This document shows positions 29,301 through 40,078 of a stretch of 64,000 nt of DNA, piece after piece. Source of the stretch: Octopus sinensis (lineage: Eukaryota); assembly GCF_006345805.1 (NCBI RefSeq), contig NC_042999.1, positions 137,888,001-137,952,000 on the forward strand. Reading direction: 5' to 3'. The position numbers and the translations under genes are program-made. The notes beneath the pieces were generated by a model. It made no database searches. It was not told where the DNA came from and worked only from the letters and a program-made list of their open reading frames with translations. Position 1 is the stretch's first letter. The number at the start of each line of letters is the position of its first letter.

Positions 29301-30754
29301 TATTAGAAACAATTATTAAATACTTCCGCGCGAAGTTTCGGATTAGGTAACCCCACCACCACCCATATACACGCATCATGATCTTCCCAATACCTTTATT
29401 TTTGTCTGTATAATAATTTTTTTTTGTATTTCAGTGAACGGTTCTAAATAATTATTTCTTTCAAGATTTCACTCCTCCTCACTTCCGTTATTTTTTTCTT
29501 TTTTCATCAGGTACGAAGTTCCTAAATCTGAAACTACTTCCGTTTGTAATGAAGCTAACTTAAATTTATCTTGTGTGAAATCTTTTACCAAACAAGTACA
29601 ATGCAGGAATACTTATATTTAAACAATGCGACTTTCGGAATAGTTGTGACACATAAATCAGAATTTCTCCGCCACATTCTATCTCACGCTCTTAAAACTA
29701 CAAACTATAAATTATTTATTACATAAAATCATAAAAAAATGTTGGTAGGAGATAAGCGAAAATATGTCCGCGAGTCCTTAATGAGCCGGCGTATTCTTGC
29801 AGTGGATGTCGGCAAGGAAGAAATTTCGACGGCTTGGTATCAGTTGTGCTTTATTTACACGTCACACTCCTCGTGCTCCCGTGCATATGGAGAAATATTT
29901 GAAGATGTTTTCGCTATCTTCCTTCTGTTAATGAATTTATTATATTTAAAAAATACCTTGAGTGTATGTAGTTTATTTTTGTGGTTTAAAACATGGAATT
30001 GCATTATTAAATATATGTTCTTGAGAGATTTAAAAACAAAAGTATTCAGTGCTAAGTATGTAAGTAGGAAAACACCCAACTATTTACTCAACACACGGGC
30101 AGCCACGAGTGATATTTCGAAATAAGTGCGTAAAATGGTCGACAAAAGAACGATATATGTTTATTGCTAATAATAAAGTGAGGACACTAAATCGGCATTT
30201 CAAATACTTTAATATCTTTCTAACCGCGGTATAATATATATACATATAGGTATTTAAAATATTTATAAAATATCTACATATATATCAATGCGAGACATAT
30301 ATTTGGTTTTCACTGAACACTGGTATAAACGGCAGAAGTAGGATACTAGTATTCCCCCAAAGGATTATAGGTCTTTCACACACACACACACACACAATTT
30401 ACCAATAAGTATTCTTTGAGAATGAAAGCACATTAACATAAGACGCCAGAAATAGGTACAAACACTGCTCACAAAAAAACCCCCAAAAAACAGACTTCAG
30501 CTGGTGACAAGATACTATAAATACGCAAGTACCAAATCCAATATGCAACCATCAATCCGACTTTTCAGTGGATCCTTGGTGTGGCCTTGGTATAAAATAG
30601 TTAACACGAATGACGTTTAAAATTTGCAACAGCTATTTTGGTAGAATTTTATATAATCTAGTCATTTTAAAAGATTACAAAATTTCAAATAGGTAACATG
30701 GATACAGCCAACATTTGTTGGGTTAGTGATGCTTTCAAGTTATATATATATTCA

Positions 30755-32210
30755 CTACTTATAGCTGAATCACTACCAGAACTAGAGAAGAAATTTCAGG
30801 TGTGGAAGCAAGGTCTAGAATCAAAGGGACCTAAAGTTAATTTAGCAAAAACTAAAGTCTTGGTAAGTAGGAAAGAGGACAATCACAAATCCCTTCAGGT
30901 AGATGGCCCTGCTCAATATGTAGAAAAGATGTAAGTAGATACCCCATAAGATGTACCCAGTACAAACTATGGACAAAACACGTGCAGTGAATCTGTTCAG
31001 TTTGGTTCACAGATTTAAAAATATTTTTAAAACTAAACAGTTTGAAACTTCATATACTGGTGGAATGTCTCACACAGAATATGGTTTACTTTGAACATTT
31101 TTGATAAAATTTGGTATTTTAGAAGATATTTCATGTTAAAGTTGTCGTATTTGGGTAATTTCAACCAACTTCTAAAATACCAAACTTTGTCAAAAATCTT
31201 CAAAGTAAACCATGTTCTGTATGAGATATTCCACCAGTATACAAAGTTTCAAACTGTTAAAAAAAATTAATTAAAAAAATCTGTGGGCCAAACTGAACAG
31301 ATCCAGTGCAGCAATATCAGAGGAAAGTTAACGGGAAAAATAGTCTTTGTGTGTGGCAGGTGCACATGTACAATAAACACTAGAAATCTACGGGGGGAAG
31401 CTAAAAGTAGTTCGTAGCTTCCATTATCCAGGTGACCAGTAATGGAGGTGGATGGTCTGAGGATGTAGCTGCAAGAATAACAATAGGCTGGGCAAAGTTC
31501 AGAGAGCTCCTACCTTTGTTGATAACAAGGTCCTCTCCCTCAGAGTGAAAGGCAGGCAGTATGACGCCTGTTTGGACAGCCATGCTACACGGCAATGAAA
31601 CATGGGCTGTGACTGCTGAAGTGATGCGTAGGCTTGAAAGAAATGAAACCAATATACTTTGCTGGTTGTGCAATGTCAGTGTGAATGTTTTGAGAGAAGA
31701 GCTGGGCATAAGAGGCATCAGATGTGTACAAGAGAGATGATTGCGCTGGTTTGACCATGTGACGTGTATGGATGAAGGCAGCTGTGTACAAAGTGTCAAT
31801 CTCTAACTGTGGATGGAACCTGTGGAAGAGGTAAACCCAGGAAGACATGGGACAAAGTGGTGAAGCATGATCTTCAAACATTGGGCCTCATAGAGGTGAT
31901 GACAAGTGACCAAGACCGTTGATGATATGCTCTACATGAGAAGACTTGTCAAGCCAAGTGAAATTGTAGTTGTGGCCAATGCAGGTGACTGGCTCCCGTG
32001 CTGGTGACACATTCAAAACATCTGTGCTGTTGACACATTAGAGCACCCATTACACTCTCAGAGTGGTTGGCATTAGGAAGAGCATCAAGCTGTAGGGACC
32101 ATGCAAAGCCAGAATGGAACTTGGTGCACCTCTCTGGCTTGCCAGTTCTTGTCAAACTGTCTAATCCATGCCAACATGGAAAGTAGATGCTAAATGATGA
32201 TGATGATGAT
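30755..32210 (+). mobile_element. RTE LINE 3' portion interrupted by a foldback MITE
   Basis: [22 protein letters not shown]; RITIGWAKFRELLP; GRGKPRKTWDKVVKHDL; (GAT)n tail at ~32195-32210. Confidence 0.85.
30990..31300. mobile_element. Foldback (near-palindromic) MITE
   Basis: ATCTGTTCAGTTTGGTTCACAGATTT at the left end mirrors AAATCTGTGGGCCAAACTGAACAGAT at the right; the arms stay complementary for over 100 bp. Related half-copies at 41800-41990 and 42445-42650. Confidence 0.8.
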
Positions 32211-32932
32211 ATATGTGGACTGTTGGTGATTATTTTCCTTTGGACTTTCGTATGTTTCCGAAGAAGAGTACGATGTCCTCACGTTTTTTTTCTTGTCGTC
32301 TTTTTCTCCATTTTTTAAATTATATATATATATATATAAGTGAAAATTAAAGTTTAGATTTAAATCTAAAATTTAAACTGTGTTTTGGGTATGTCCCTGG
32401 TAGTATGCTGACATAGCATGTTCACTGCCTATGGCTACCTTGTGTCATCCATGGTAATCGTGCAATCATCACTGGATCTACATTAGGAATTCCTCAGGGC
32501 ACATTGAGTATAGTGGAAACAATGGATATGGAAGATAGAGTATACTGGAAACTTTATTTATTACAATGATCATTTCAACACATCATGCACTGCTCCCTTG
32601 TGGTGGGAAACTATACAATGAATTAAAGTGCACCTCACAGTGCATCACCTGAAGAGATACTATTGCACTGTGTGGTGGACTCCAATTCATTGTATACTTT
32701 TCCACCCATGAGGGGACAGTGCAGGATGTGGCGAAACCATCATTATGATAAATAAAGTTTCCAGTATACTCTATCTTCTGTATCGATTCTTCTAATATAT
32801 ATATTATTTTACTTGTTTCAGTCATTTGACTGTGGCCATACTGGAGCACCACCTTAAAGGGTTTCTAGTTGAAGAAGTGATGGAGTAGGGGTGGGGCAAA
32901 CAGACACACACACACACATAAATATCTATATA

Positions 32933-32970
<38 letters not shown>

Positions 32971-33436
32971 ATGGCCACCGATCGTGGCCGTTGCCAGCCA
33001 CCCCTGGCACCTGTGCCAGTGGCACATAAAAAGCACCATCTGTATGTGGCTGATGCCAGCACTGCCATAACTGGCTTCCGTGCCGGTGGCACGTAAAAGG
33101 CACCACCCATTCGTGGCCGTTGCCAGCCTACCGTGGCACCTGTGCCGGTGCACCCAAAAAGCACCATCTGTACGTGGCCGATGCCAACGCCGCCTTGACT
33201 GATTGACTGGCTTCCGTGCTGGTGGCACGTAAAAAGCACCAACCGATCATGGCTGTTGCCAGCCTACTCTGGCACCTGTGCCGGTGGCATGTAAAAAGCA
33301 CCAGCCAGCACCACCTTGACTGGCTTCTGTGCCGGTGACACGTAAAAAGCCTCCTGGCTTCCCAGACCCCGGTCGAACCGTCCAACCCATGCTAGCATGG
33401 AAAATGGACGTTAGACGATGATGATGATGATGATGA

Positions 33437-33486
<50 letters not shown>

Positions 33487-33908
33487 TATATATACAAATT
33501 GAGATAGGGGTTGTAAATGCAACCCTCCATGGGATAACATATATCCAATATACTGCTAGTGAAGTACCCAACAAAGTTAATACATAAATGTTAATGATTG
33601 CGATGCAATCAATTCATTTACTGTATTATATGGGCAAAGGTAAAATGATTTACCACAAATTACTAATACAAGATAAGAAAATGGAGAAATACATCTAAAT
33701 CAAATATCAATTACACGATAATACTCAATCACATACTTTATTAAACCACCACATAAGAGACTGTAGGGTTAAATATAAAAAGCAGAACAAATCAGTGTAC
33801 ATAAAGGAATGTACATAAAAAAGTGTAAATAAAAGAGTAATGTTGTATAATAAGTAGAATATATATAAAAGAGAATATAAATATAAGTAAATATAAATAT
33901 AAGTATAG

Positions 33909-34048
33909 ATTACATCTTACAGCTGTTTCGGCCATGTAGATAAGTATGTCTCATTTTACCAATATTAGCCCTTTATGGTTGGTCAATATATAGATATAAA
34001 TGAGACATTTACAAAAATATCATAAGGCCTCTTCAGAGATTATGTAAT
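33909..34048 (-). ncRNA. Type I hammerhead ribozyme motif (Penelope-type)
   Basis: Minus strand: stem I 5' ATTAC(ATA)ATCT, CTGAAGA (34036-34030), stem II GGCC...GGCC with a long insert, GAAAC-AGCT-GTA (33929-33918), stem I 3' AGATGTAAT. All conserved core nucleotides are present. Confidence 0.75.
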
Positions 34049-34931
34049 ATAAATCAGTCTACATATATACCCACATGAGTGTGGGTGCATACCCATAATA
34101 CAACATATACATATACATATGAGTGCATATACTCACACTCTTATACATATAAAAATATACATATACATAATGATATAAATAAATAATATAAATTAGTAAA
34201 CATATATAAGTGTTCCACATTCAATGTCTCAGTTTTTCAACTTAATATTGTGATAATAAACATACACAAATTAGTACCTAGATGCAAATATACATAGTCA
34301 ATAGTACATTATATTACTTCATAATAATTTCTAAAGTGTCATTAAAGTTAGCATCATTATCGTTGTCAATACCATTAATGTTACCATTATTATCATTCAT
34401 AATATTATTAATAACGCTTACATTAGGATCCAGAGCGGTATATATGTATGTCCGGGTTCCAGTTAATAATTTTCCTTATGACATAAATACACTATTGGAT
34501 TTGAATTTTAAATTATCACTATCTTCCTCACGGTTGGTCAATTGAGAGCCACCCGACCTCCACCACACCGCACAAGCAAAACATACACATCCACATCTAA
34601 CCCTAAATCCACACATCCACATAGAAACTAATACACACATGCACACACACATGAATACACCCCGACACATCTCTACACATTCAAAAAATTGCAGAGTGCA
34701 TGTCTGTCATCGCATGGCTTATAGACATATCAGTACAGGCAGCAGTGTCTAACACTAACACACACACTCACACGCACATCCGCATATACGCATAAATATT
34801 AATACACTTTCCTATACTGTGTCAGGGAACTTTCGCACACACATATATATATATATATTTGAATATATATCTGCGCACTCATACGTACAAATAAAACCTA
34901 TATTTATATCCACCCCTCCATTTTCTTATCT

Positions 34932-34972
<41 letters not shown>

Positions 34973-34979
<7 letters not shown>

Positions 34980-35515
34980 GTATAAGGACTTGCTGAAGGC
35001 TTCCTTAAGAGATGCTTGCATCTCTCCTGACACATGGGAGGGCATAGCTATTGATCGTAGCAGGTGGAGAAGTATTGTGCACGAAGGGACAGCTACTTTT
35101 GAGAAATCTTGAGTTGCGCATGAGAAAGTAAAGAGGGATGTCAGGAAGGGCATTGCTGTTACACTTCCAGATGGGAAGGGTTTCCTATGATGCTGACATG
35201 CAGTGTCTGTGCAAGACCCTGCCTCAGTAAAGCTGGACTCAAAAGTCATCTTCGTAGTCATAAAGCGAGACTGATGAGTGACAACCTGGCCACTGGTGGT
35301 GGTGTTACACACCATACTAATCATATCTGTCAGGCAGGTGGAAGAGAGTGCAATTCGGCAGGAGGACTTAAACGACATGCAAAGGTACATGAAATCCAGT
35401 TATAACTACAGCCGGCTATAGCCAGTAAAGGTTTTAGCTGCCAATTCTGTACAAGACATTGTAGATCTTTAGCTGGGCTAAAAAGTCACATTCGATCACA
35501 GCACCAATTACAGTT
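34973..35515 (+). mobile_element. RTE-like LINE C-terminus with three C2H2-like motifs
   Basis: YKDLLKASL...TWEGIAIDRSRWRSIVHEG, then CSVCARPCLSKAGLKSHLRSH, CQAGGRECNSAGGLKRHAKVH and CQFCTRHCRSLAGLKSHIRSQH. Confidence 0.7.
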
Positions 35516-35519
35516 AAGC

Positions 35520-35760
35520 TTCGTGCAATGGCCAGCTGAAGACCTGGGCGACGACAATAAAGGAGGACCTCTCTGAACTCTCAATTCTGCAGGTGGTCAG
35601 TCTGCGCAGATGGAACTGCGAGTGGCTCGCTATCTCCAGTGACCTCACACAGGACCATTGAGTGTGGGCCGCCATGGTTCATGATGCCATTAGGACCAGA
35701 GAAGAAGCCAGCTCAACCCACCCTGGGTGAATGCTGTCACAAGTACAAGTAAAGTAAGTA
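35520..35760 (+). mobile_element. 3' end of a second RTE-like LINE family
   Basis: QLKTWATTIKEDL...WAAMVHDAI...; ends in a (CAAGTA)n-like tail. Confidence 0.65.
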
Positions 35761-35999
35761 TACTTATTCATGCTGCTCCAGTACATCTACTGCATATGAA
35801 GCTTACATTTTCACATAGTCTGCCTGTGATTCCATTATATCTCTTGTGTGTCAAAAGCTGAAATCAAGTCCAGCATTTGGAGTTCCTATGTACCCTTTTC
35901 TAGATACTGAGCCAGGCCATTCCCCAAAGATATCAGTCTCATATTGTGTTTCCTGCTAACTAAAAGTTTAATCCAGGTTTAGCTTCCAGGTCTGGAATT

Positions 36000-36680
36000 T
36001 TTTCTCTAATTCCACTATAGATTCAGCCATGAGGACATCATCAGCATATAGGAGTCCTCATGGACAGCCAATTTAAAGTTTTTCAGAGATGGCTTGGTGG
36101 ACTATGATGCATAGGAGAGGACTGAATTTTGATGAACTCTCACCTTCAAACTAAATTCATCACTGAAGTTATTGTGAACTTCTTTTCTCACAGCATCCTT
36201 GTAAATAGCTTGAACTTCTTGTACAAGCCATTCATATACACCTACTTTCCTCAGAGTCCACCATATTATTGAAGGTGGAACCCTGTCAAATGCTTTCTTC
36301 AAATCAATGAAAATCAGGAATAATGGTTTGTTATTAACCAGGTATTTCTTCTGCAGTTACCTCAGCAGAAAGATTGCCTCTGTGGTACTTCTTCCAAGGA
36401 CAAAGCCAAACTATAGCTCATCCAGGTTCTCTCTATCATGGATCAACTGGGCTGTAACCTTCTCTGTGACCTTCATAACTTGGTCTAGAAGTTTGATTCT
36501 CCTACAGTTGCTTCTCTCAAAGGTGTTACCTTTGCCCTTGTAGCAGTTTAAAATGATACTACTACACCAGTTAGTAAGTATAATACACTCCTGGGTGACT
36601 TGATTAACTATATCATTGGTAATCTTGTATTCTACTTTCACAGATATTTTAAACATCTCCATGACTGGAGTAAAGATTGC
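36000..36680 (-). mobile_element. RTE RT fragment
   Basis: EMFKIS...IVNQVTQE..I.TNWCSSIILNCYKGKG...SNCRRIKLLDQVMKVTE; KAFDRVP.SIIWWTLRKVGV. Confidence 0.85.
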
Positions 36681-36830
36681 TTGCCAACATAACATGGCAG
36701 TCCTGGTTTAGTACGAATGTTGCTGTAATTTATCCCCAGGCGACATTGTCTCCAGCTGGCTATATGACACAATCTGTGTCCTTATATTTTCAAACAAGGG
36801 AATCTAGCAACCACATTCAGCTCAAAACAA

Positions 36831-36877
36831 TATGTGTATCACGATTTTCGGGTTATTTTCCTTCATCAGCACAGAAT
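36831..36877 (-). ncRNA. Minimal type I hammerhead-like motif (decayed copy)
   Basis: TTCTGTG-CTGATGA-AGGAAAATAACCC-GAAA-ATCGTGATA-CACA. Core boxes are present; stem II is weakened. Confidence 0.55.
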
Positions 36878-36895
36878 AATTGTTTGGCTAGAGGT

Positions 36896-38610
36896 TAATT
36901 CTTTATTCTTGGCACAAGGCCTAAACACAGAGGGGACATACATAGACATGTGGGAACAAACAAGTGAAAATGAATAAATGAATATAATACAATATGAGAC
37001 AGCCCCATTCCGAGACGAAACTGCAACCACCCTTTTCCTTTCAACCCTATATTTCAATGAAAATGTTTTTAAAAAGTTAAATCAAACATTCTTACCATCT
37101 TTTTCTTTTTTTTCTTTTTGTATCGTTCTTTTCCTTAAGCAAACTCACATCCAATTAAAGTTAATACCATATAGATCCAGTAATATATCATAGTCTATTC
37201 CGTTTGAAACTTCATTGATGTTGAATGCTATTTGTCTGTATTCCGCACTTTCTTTACAGTCTCTTATTATTTTCATTCTGTGTTCTGGCACCAATGCACC
37301 TAAAACCATTTTTTCTTTTTTCTTTCCCTTCATGTCTATAACTTTTACATCTTTCCATTGCACTAACTTATCCACCACGTTCTTTCAATAAAGCAGAAAC
37401 AAAACAAATGGGAAGGTGGTTTTGCGATTTCTTGATTGACTGCTGTTCTTTTTTTCTTTTTTGTGTTGGAGAGGAATGGGTGGGTTTGGTATCTGCAGGG
37501 GGAGGGGGTTGAGAGGATAAGGGTGGGGTGGGGGTATGGGCTGGGGTTTACTTAAGCTTTCCTTTTTCCTCTTCCTCTGTTTTCTTCTCATATCTTGCCA
37601 TCCATCATCCTCATTTCTTTCTTTTATCCTTTCCCGTTCCATCTCTGCTCTTTCCTGAGTTGACTTATTTGTCAGAGGGCAGTCCGCTCTAATGTGGGCT
37701 TTTTGGCCACATTTATAGCAACAAGGGCTTCTGCTCTCTATTCACACTTTCATCATTGTTCCTCCAACTGTTACCGTTTCTGCAAGCAACTCTAAGTTTT
37801 CCACTTTACTCTGTATTATTAGTTGCAAAATTTTACCATGCCAATTAGTGGCTTCCATTTCTGTAGCCTGGAGTATGGCGACCACTTTCTCGCTTCCTAG
37901 AAGCACAACTGCTGCCACCCAAGCTACATCTATTTCAGGGGGGATTCCCTCCATCCTGACCTTGGAAGTTCTCCTTCCAAGGTATGTGGGTAGAAGGATT
38001 ACCCTTTGCGTTTTCATCGATTTTGCTAAGTTTTCCTTCGCATTTACCTGTTCTTAAAAGACACCTCAACAGTGCTGTATTGGCTTCCTCTAGCAAGATA
38101 CACTATGTTTTGCCAGATAGGCTTCAACGCATTTTTGATTTCGACCATCTGTTCATTCACTAGCCTTTTCTCCTTGACAGAACAGACCAATCTTTCTTTC
38201 TTCCATTTCCCTTAGTATTTCTTGCGGTGGTGGCAATTTCACATCACCACCTTCCTTTTTTAGCATTTTTTCATAGTTTTTCAAATTTTTGAGCCTTACC
38301 TCTTTCTTTGGTACCTCTGTTACTTTCTCAAAACTTTTCTCTTTTATAGTTCTGTTCATCTTCATCACCGTTTTTATCAGCTCCTCTTCAGATGATGACT
38401 GTTCTGCAATTGACACCTCTGACTTGCTCACGTCCAAATAAGCCTCAGCCATCCCTTCTCAAACTGCAGAGGGACAGCTTCACCAAAAAAAAAAAAAACA
38501 AAAAAAAAACGCTACAATACAGCACACAAAAATATTACAATAATAGATGGAAACACACAGAACGAACTCACATAACCTTGGTAACAGCAAATTATCAATC
38601 GCAATGCAAA
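36896..38610 (-). mobile_element. Element A: ORF1-only Tx1-like non-LTR retroelement
   Basis: 5' UTR ~38610-38453, then a frameshifted ORF1 (MAEAYL...; LLPTYLGRRTSKVRMEGIPPEIDVAWVAAVV...; CYKCGQKAHIRADC knuckle; C-terminal block ending 37145). A ~250-nt 3' UTR ends CCTTGTGCCAAGAATAAAGAATTA. No EN or RT between ORF1 and the tail. Confidence 0.8.
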
Positions 38611-38628
38611 AATTGTTCGGCCAGAGGT

Positions 38629-39742
38629 TAATTCTTTATTACAGGCACAAGGCCTAATTATAAATGGGACATGCACAGACATGTAAAAACAAAAAACACA
38701 TGAAGAATGAATGTAAAATAAATTAAATTTCAATGAAAATGAGATGGTCATCTTGGTCCTGCTCTGAGATGAAACCATGAAATCCTTTTTTTTTCCTTTT
38801 TAAACTTATATTTTAACTAACAATTTGCAGCCTCGCTCAGAGGCAAAACTGTGACTTCCCTTTTCCTTTCCACCTTAAAAGAAACATTTTGAAAACCTGT
38901 TCATTCAACAGTTGCAAGATTTACTTGTTTTACCCTTTTTTTTTCCATAAAAAGTTCAAATAAATGTTTTCCTCAGTTACAGTTTTACAAAATTATAATG
39001 ACTTACTACTTCTTTTCCTTTTCCATAATTCGCCACTGAGGCGTGAGGTTCAACATCTACCTCCAGCCTCAGTGGGTTCGGTCTCTCACAATGTCTTTCT
39101 ATTTTGCAATCTTTTAAGTGTGGGGTGTCCTATATCTCACTATAATTTTCTTTTTGTTTGTGTTTTGCATGTTGACTCTTTTTTTTTCTATATTTCTGCA
39201 ATTTTTAGCTTTCTTGTGATTATATCTCTATCTCTGTGTGTTCGTGTATTTGTGTGTCTGTGTGTTTGTTTGACTGTAATTCTATGTGTTTCATCTGTGT
39301 GTCTATGTCTTTAGGTTTCCATAATTCTGGTTTGTCTTGTTTCTCTTCATTATTACTTGTATGCTTTTGCATGTCTATTTGTTTGTATATAAGCTGGTCT
39401 GAATGATTCTGTACTTGTAAGTCCTTTATTGGTATTTCTACTGGTAAATCTTCTCCGTTTCTCGACGTGGGTTGGGTTTCTTCTTCCATTGCTTTGCATT
39501 TCTTCAATTCCACTGTCATCGGTGACTTCCTTCTCTCTCTTTTTCTGGGTTTCACCTCCGCAAAATTCCTGTCATGTTCTGTTTTCTGTTTCTGCTTTAT
39601 TTCTACCATTATATCTTCCTGAACACTCTCCTCTACCATTTACACTGCTACTCTAGGGCATTTCCTTCTCAAGTGCCCTCTTTCACCACATCCATAACAC
39701 TTTAGGGGTCTTCCCTCCAACATTATTTCCAGCCTTTCTCCA
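38629..39742 (-). mobile_element. Element B: 5'-truncated ORF1-only Tx1-like retroelement (different family)
   Basis: Starts LEIMLEGRPLKCYGCGERGHLRRKCP (CCHC), followed by a charged low-complexity region (ORF 39220-39639) and a 3' UTR ending GGCCTTGTGCCTGTAATAAAGAATTA. No EN/RT motifs. Confidence 0.75.
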
Positions 39743-40030
39743 TTTGGCTAGAGGTGGTGCTGCTAAATTCCTGTTCGAAATGTATAGTTTTCAAAGTGAC
39801 AACTAGTCACTGATCTATAAATTAGAAAATTTCTATTTTTAAATCTCACAATGAGAGATATTCAGCAACAGCACTTTGGAGTAAAGATTGTTTGCCTACA
39901 AAACATAGCAGTCCTGGTTTAGGATGAATGTCGCTGTAATTTAGCCCCAGGAGACAATTGTCTCCAGCTGGCTATATGACACGATGTGTCCTTATATTTT
40001 TGAACAAGGGAATCTAGAACCCTCTCTTTT

Positions 40031-40078
40031 ATTCTGTGCTGATGAAGGGAAACAACCCGGAAATCGCAATACACAGAT
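40031..40078 (+). ncRNA. Minimal type I hammerhead-like motif
   Basis: TCTGTG (40033-38), CTGATGA (40039-45), A-GGG-aaacaa-CCC-G, GAAA (40060-63), T-cgca-A-TA, CACAGA (40072-77). Stem I is a perfect 6 bp. Confidence 0.65.

Noticed and set aside
29739-30125. 128-aa ORF in the CpG-rich region
   Set aside because: No recognisable domain, AT-biased low-information C-terminal half, no convincing splice partners.
32254-32286. Possible additional hammerhead (CCGAAGAAGAGTACGATGTCCTCACGTT)
   Set aside because: The core is broken: CUGA is changed to CCGA and GAAA is lost. At most a dead relic.
32960-33350. CRISPR-like array of conserved GTGGCACGTAAAAAGCACC units with variable spacers
   Set aside because: The units are internal subrepeats of the RTE 3' UTR family seen many times in this window; the spacers are related to each other; no cas genes; eukaryotic context.
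32822-33574. Cluster of overlapping ORFs with YIYIYI, HHHH or SSSS runs
   Set aside because: Translations of microsatellites and RTE UTR subrepeats.
36670-40017. X repeats interpreted as LTRs of a gag-bearing LTR element
   Set aside because: No TG...CA ends, PBS or PPT recognised. The internal ORFs match non-LTR ORF1 and have their own AATAAA tails and target duplications.
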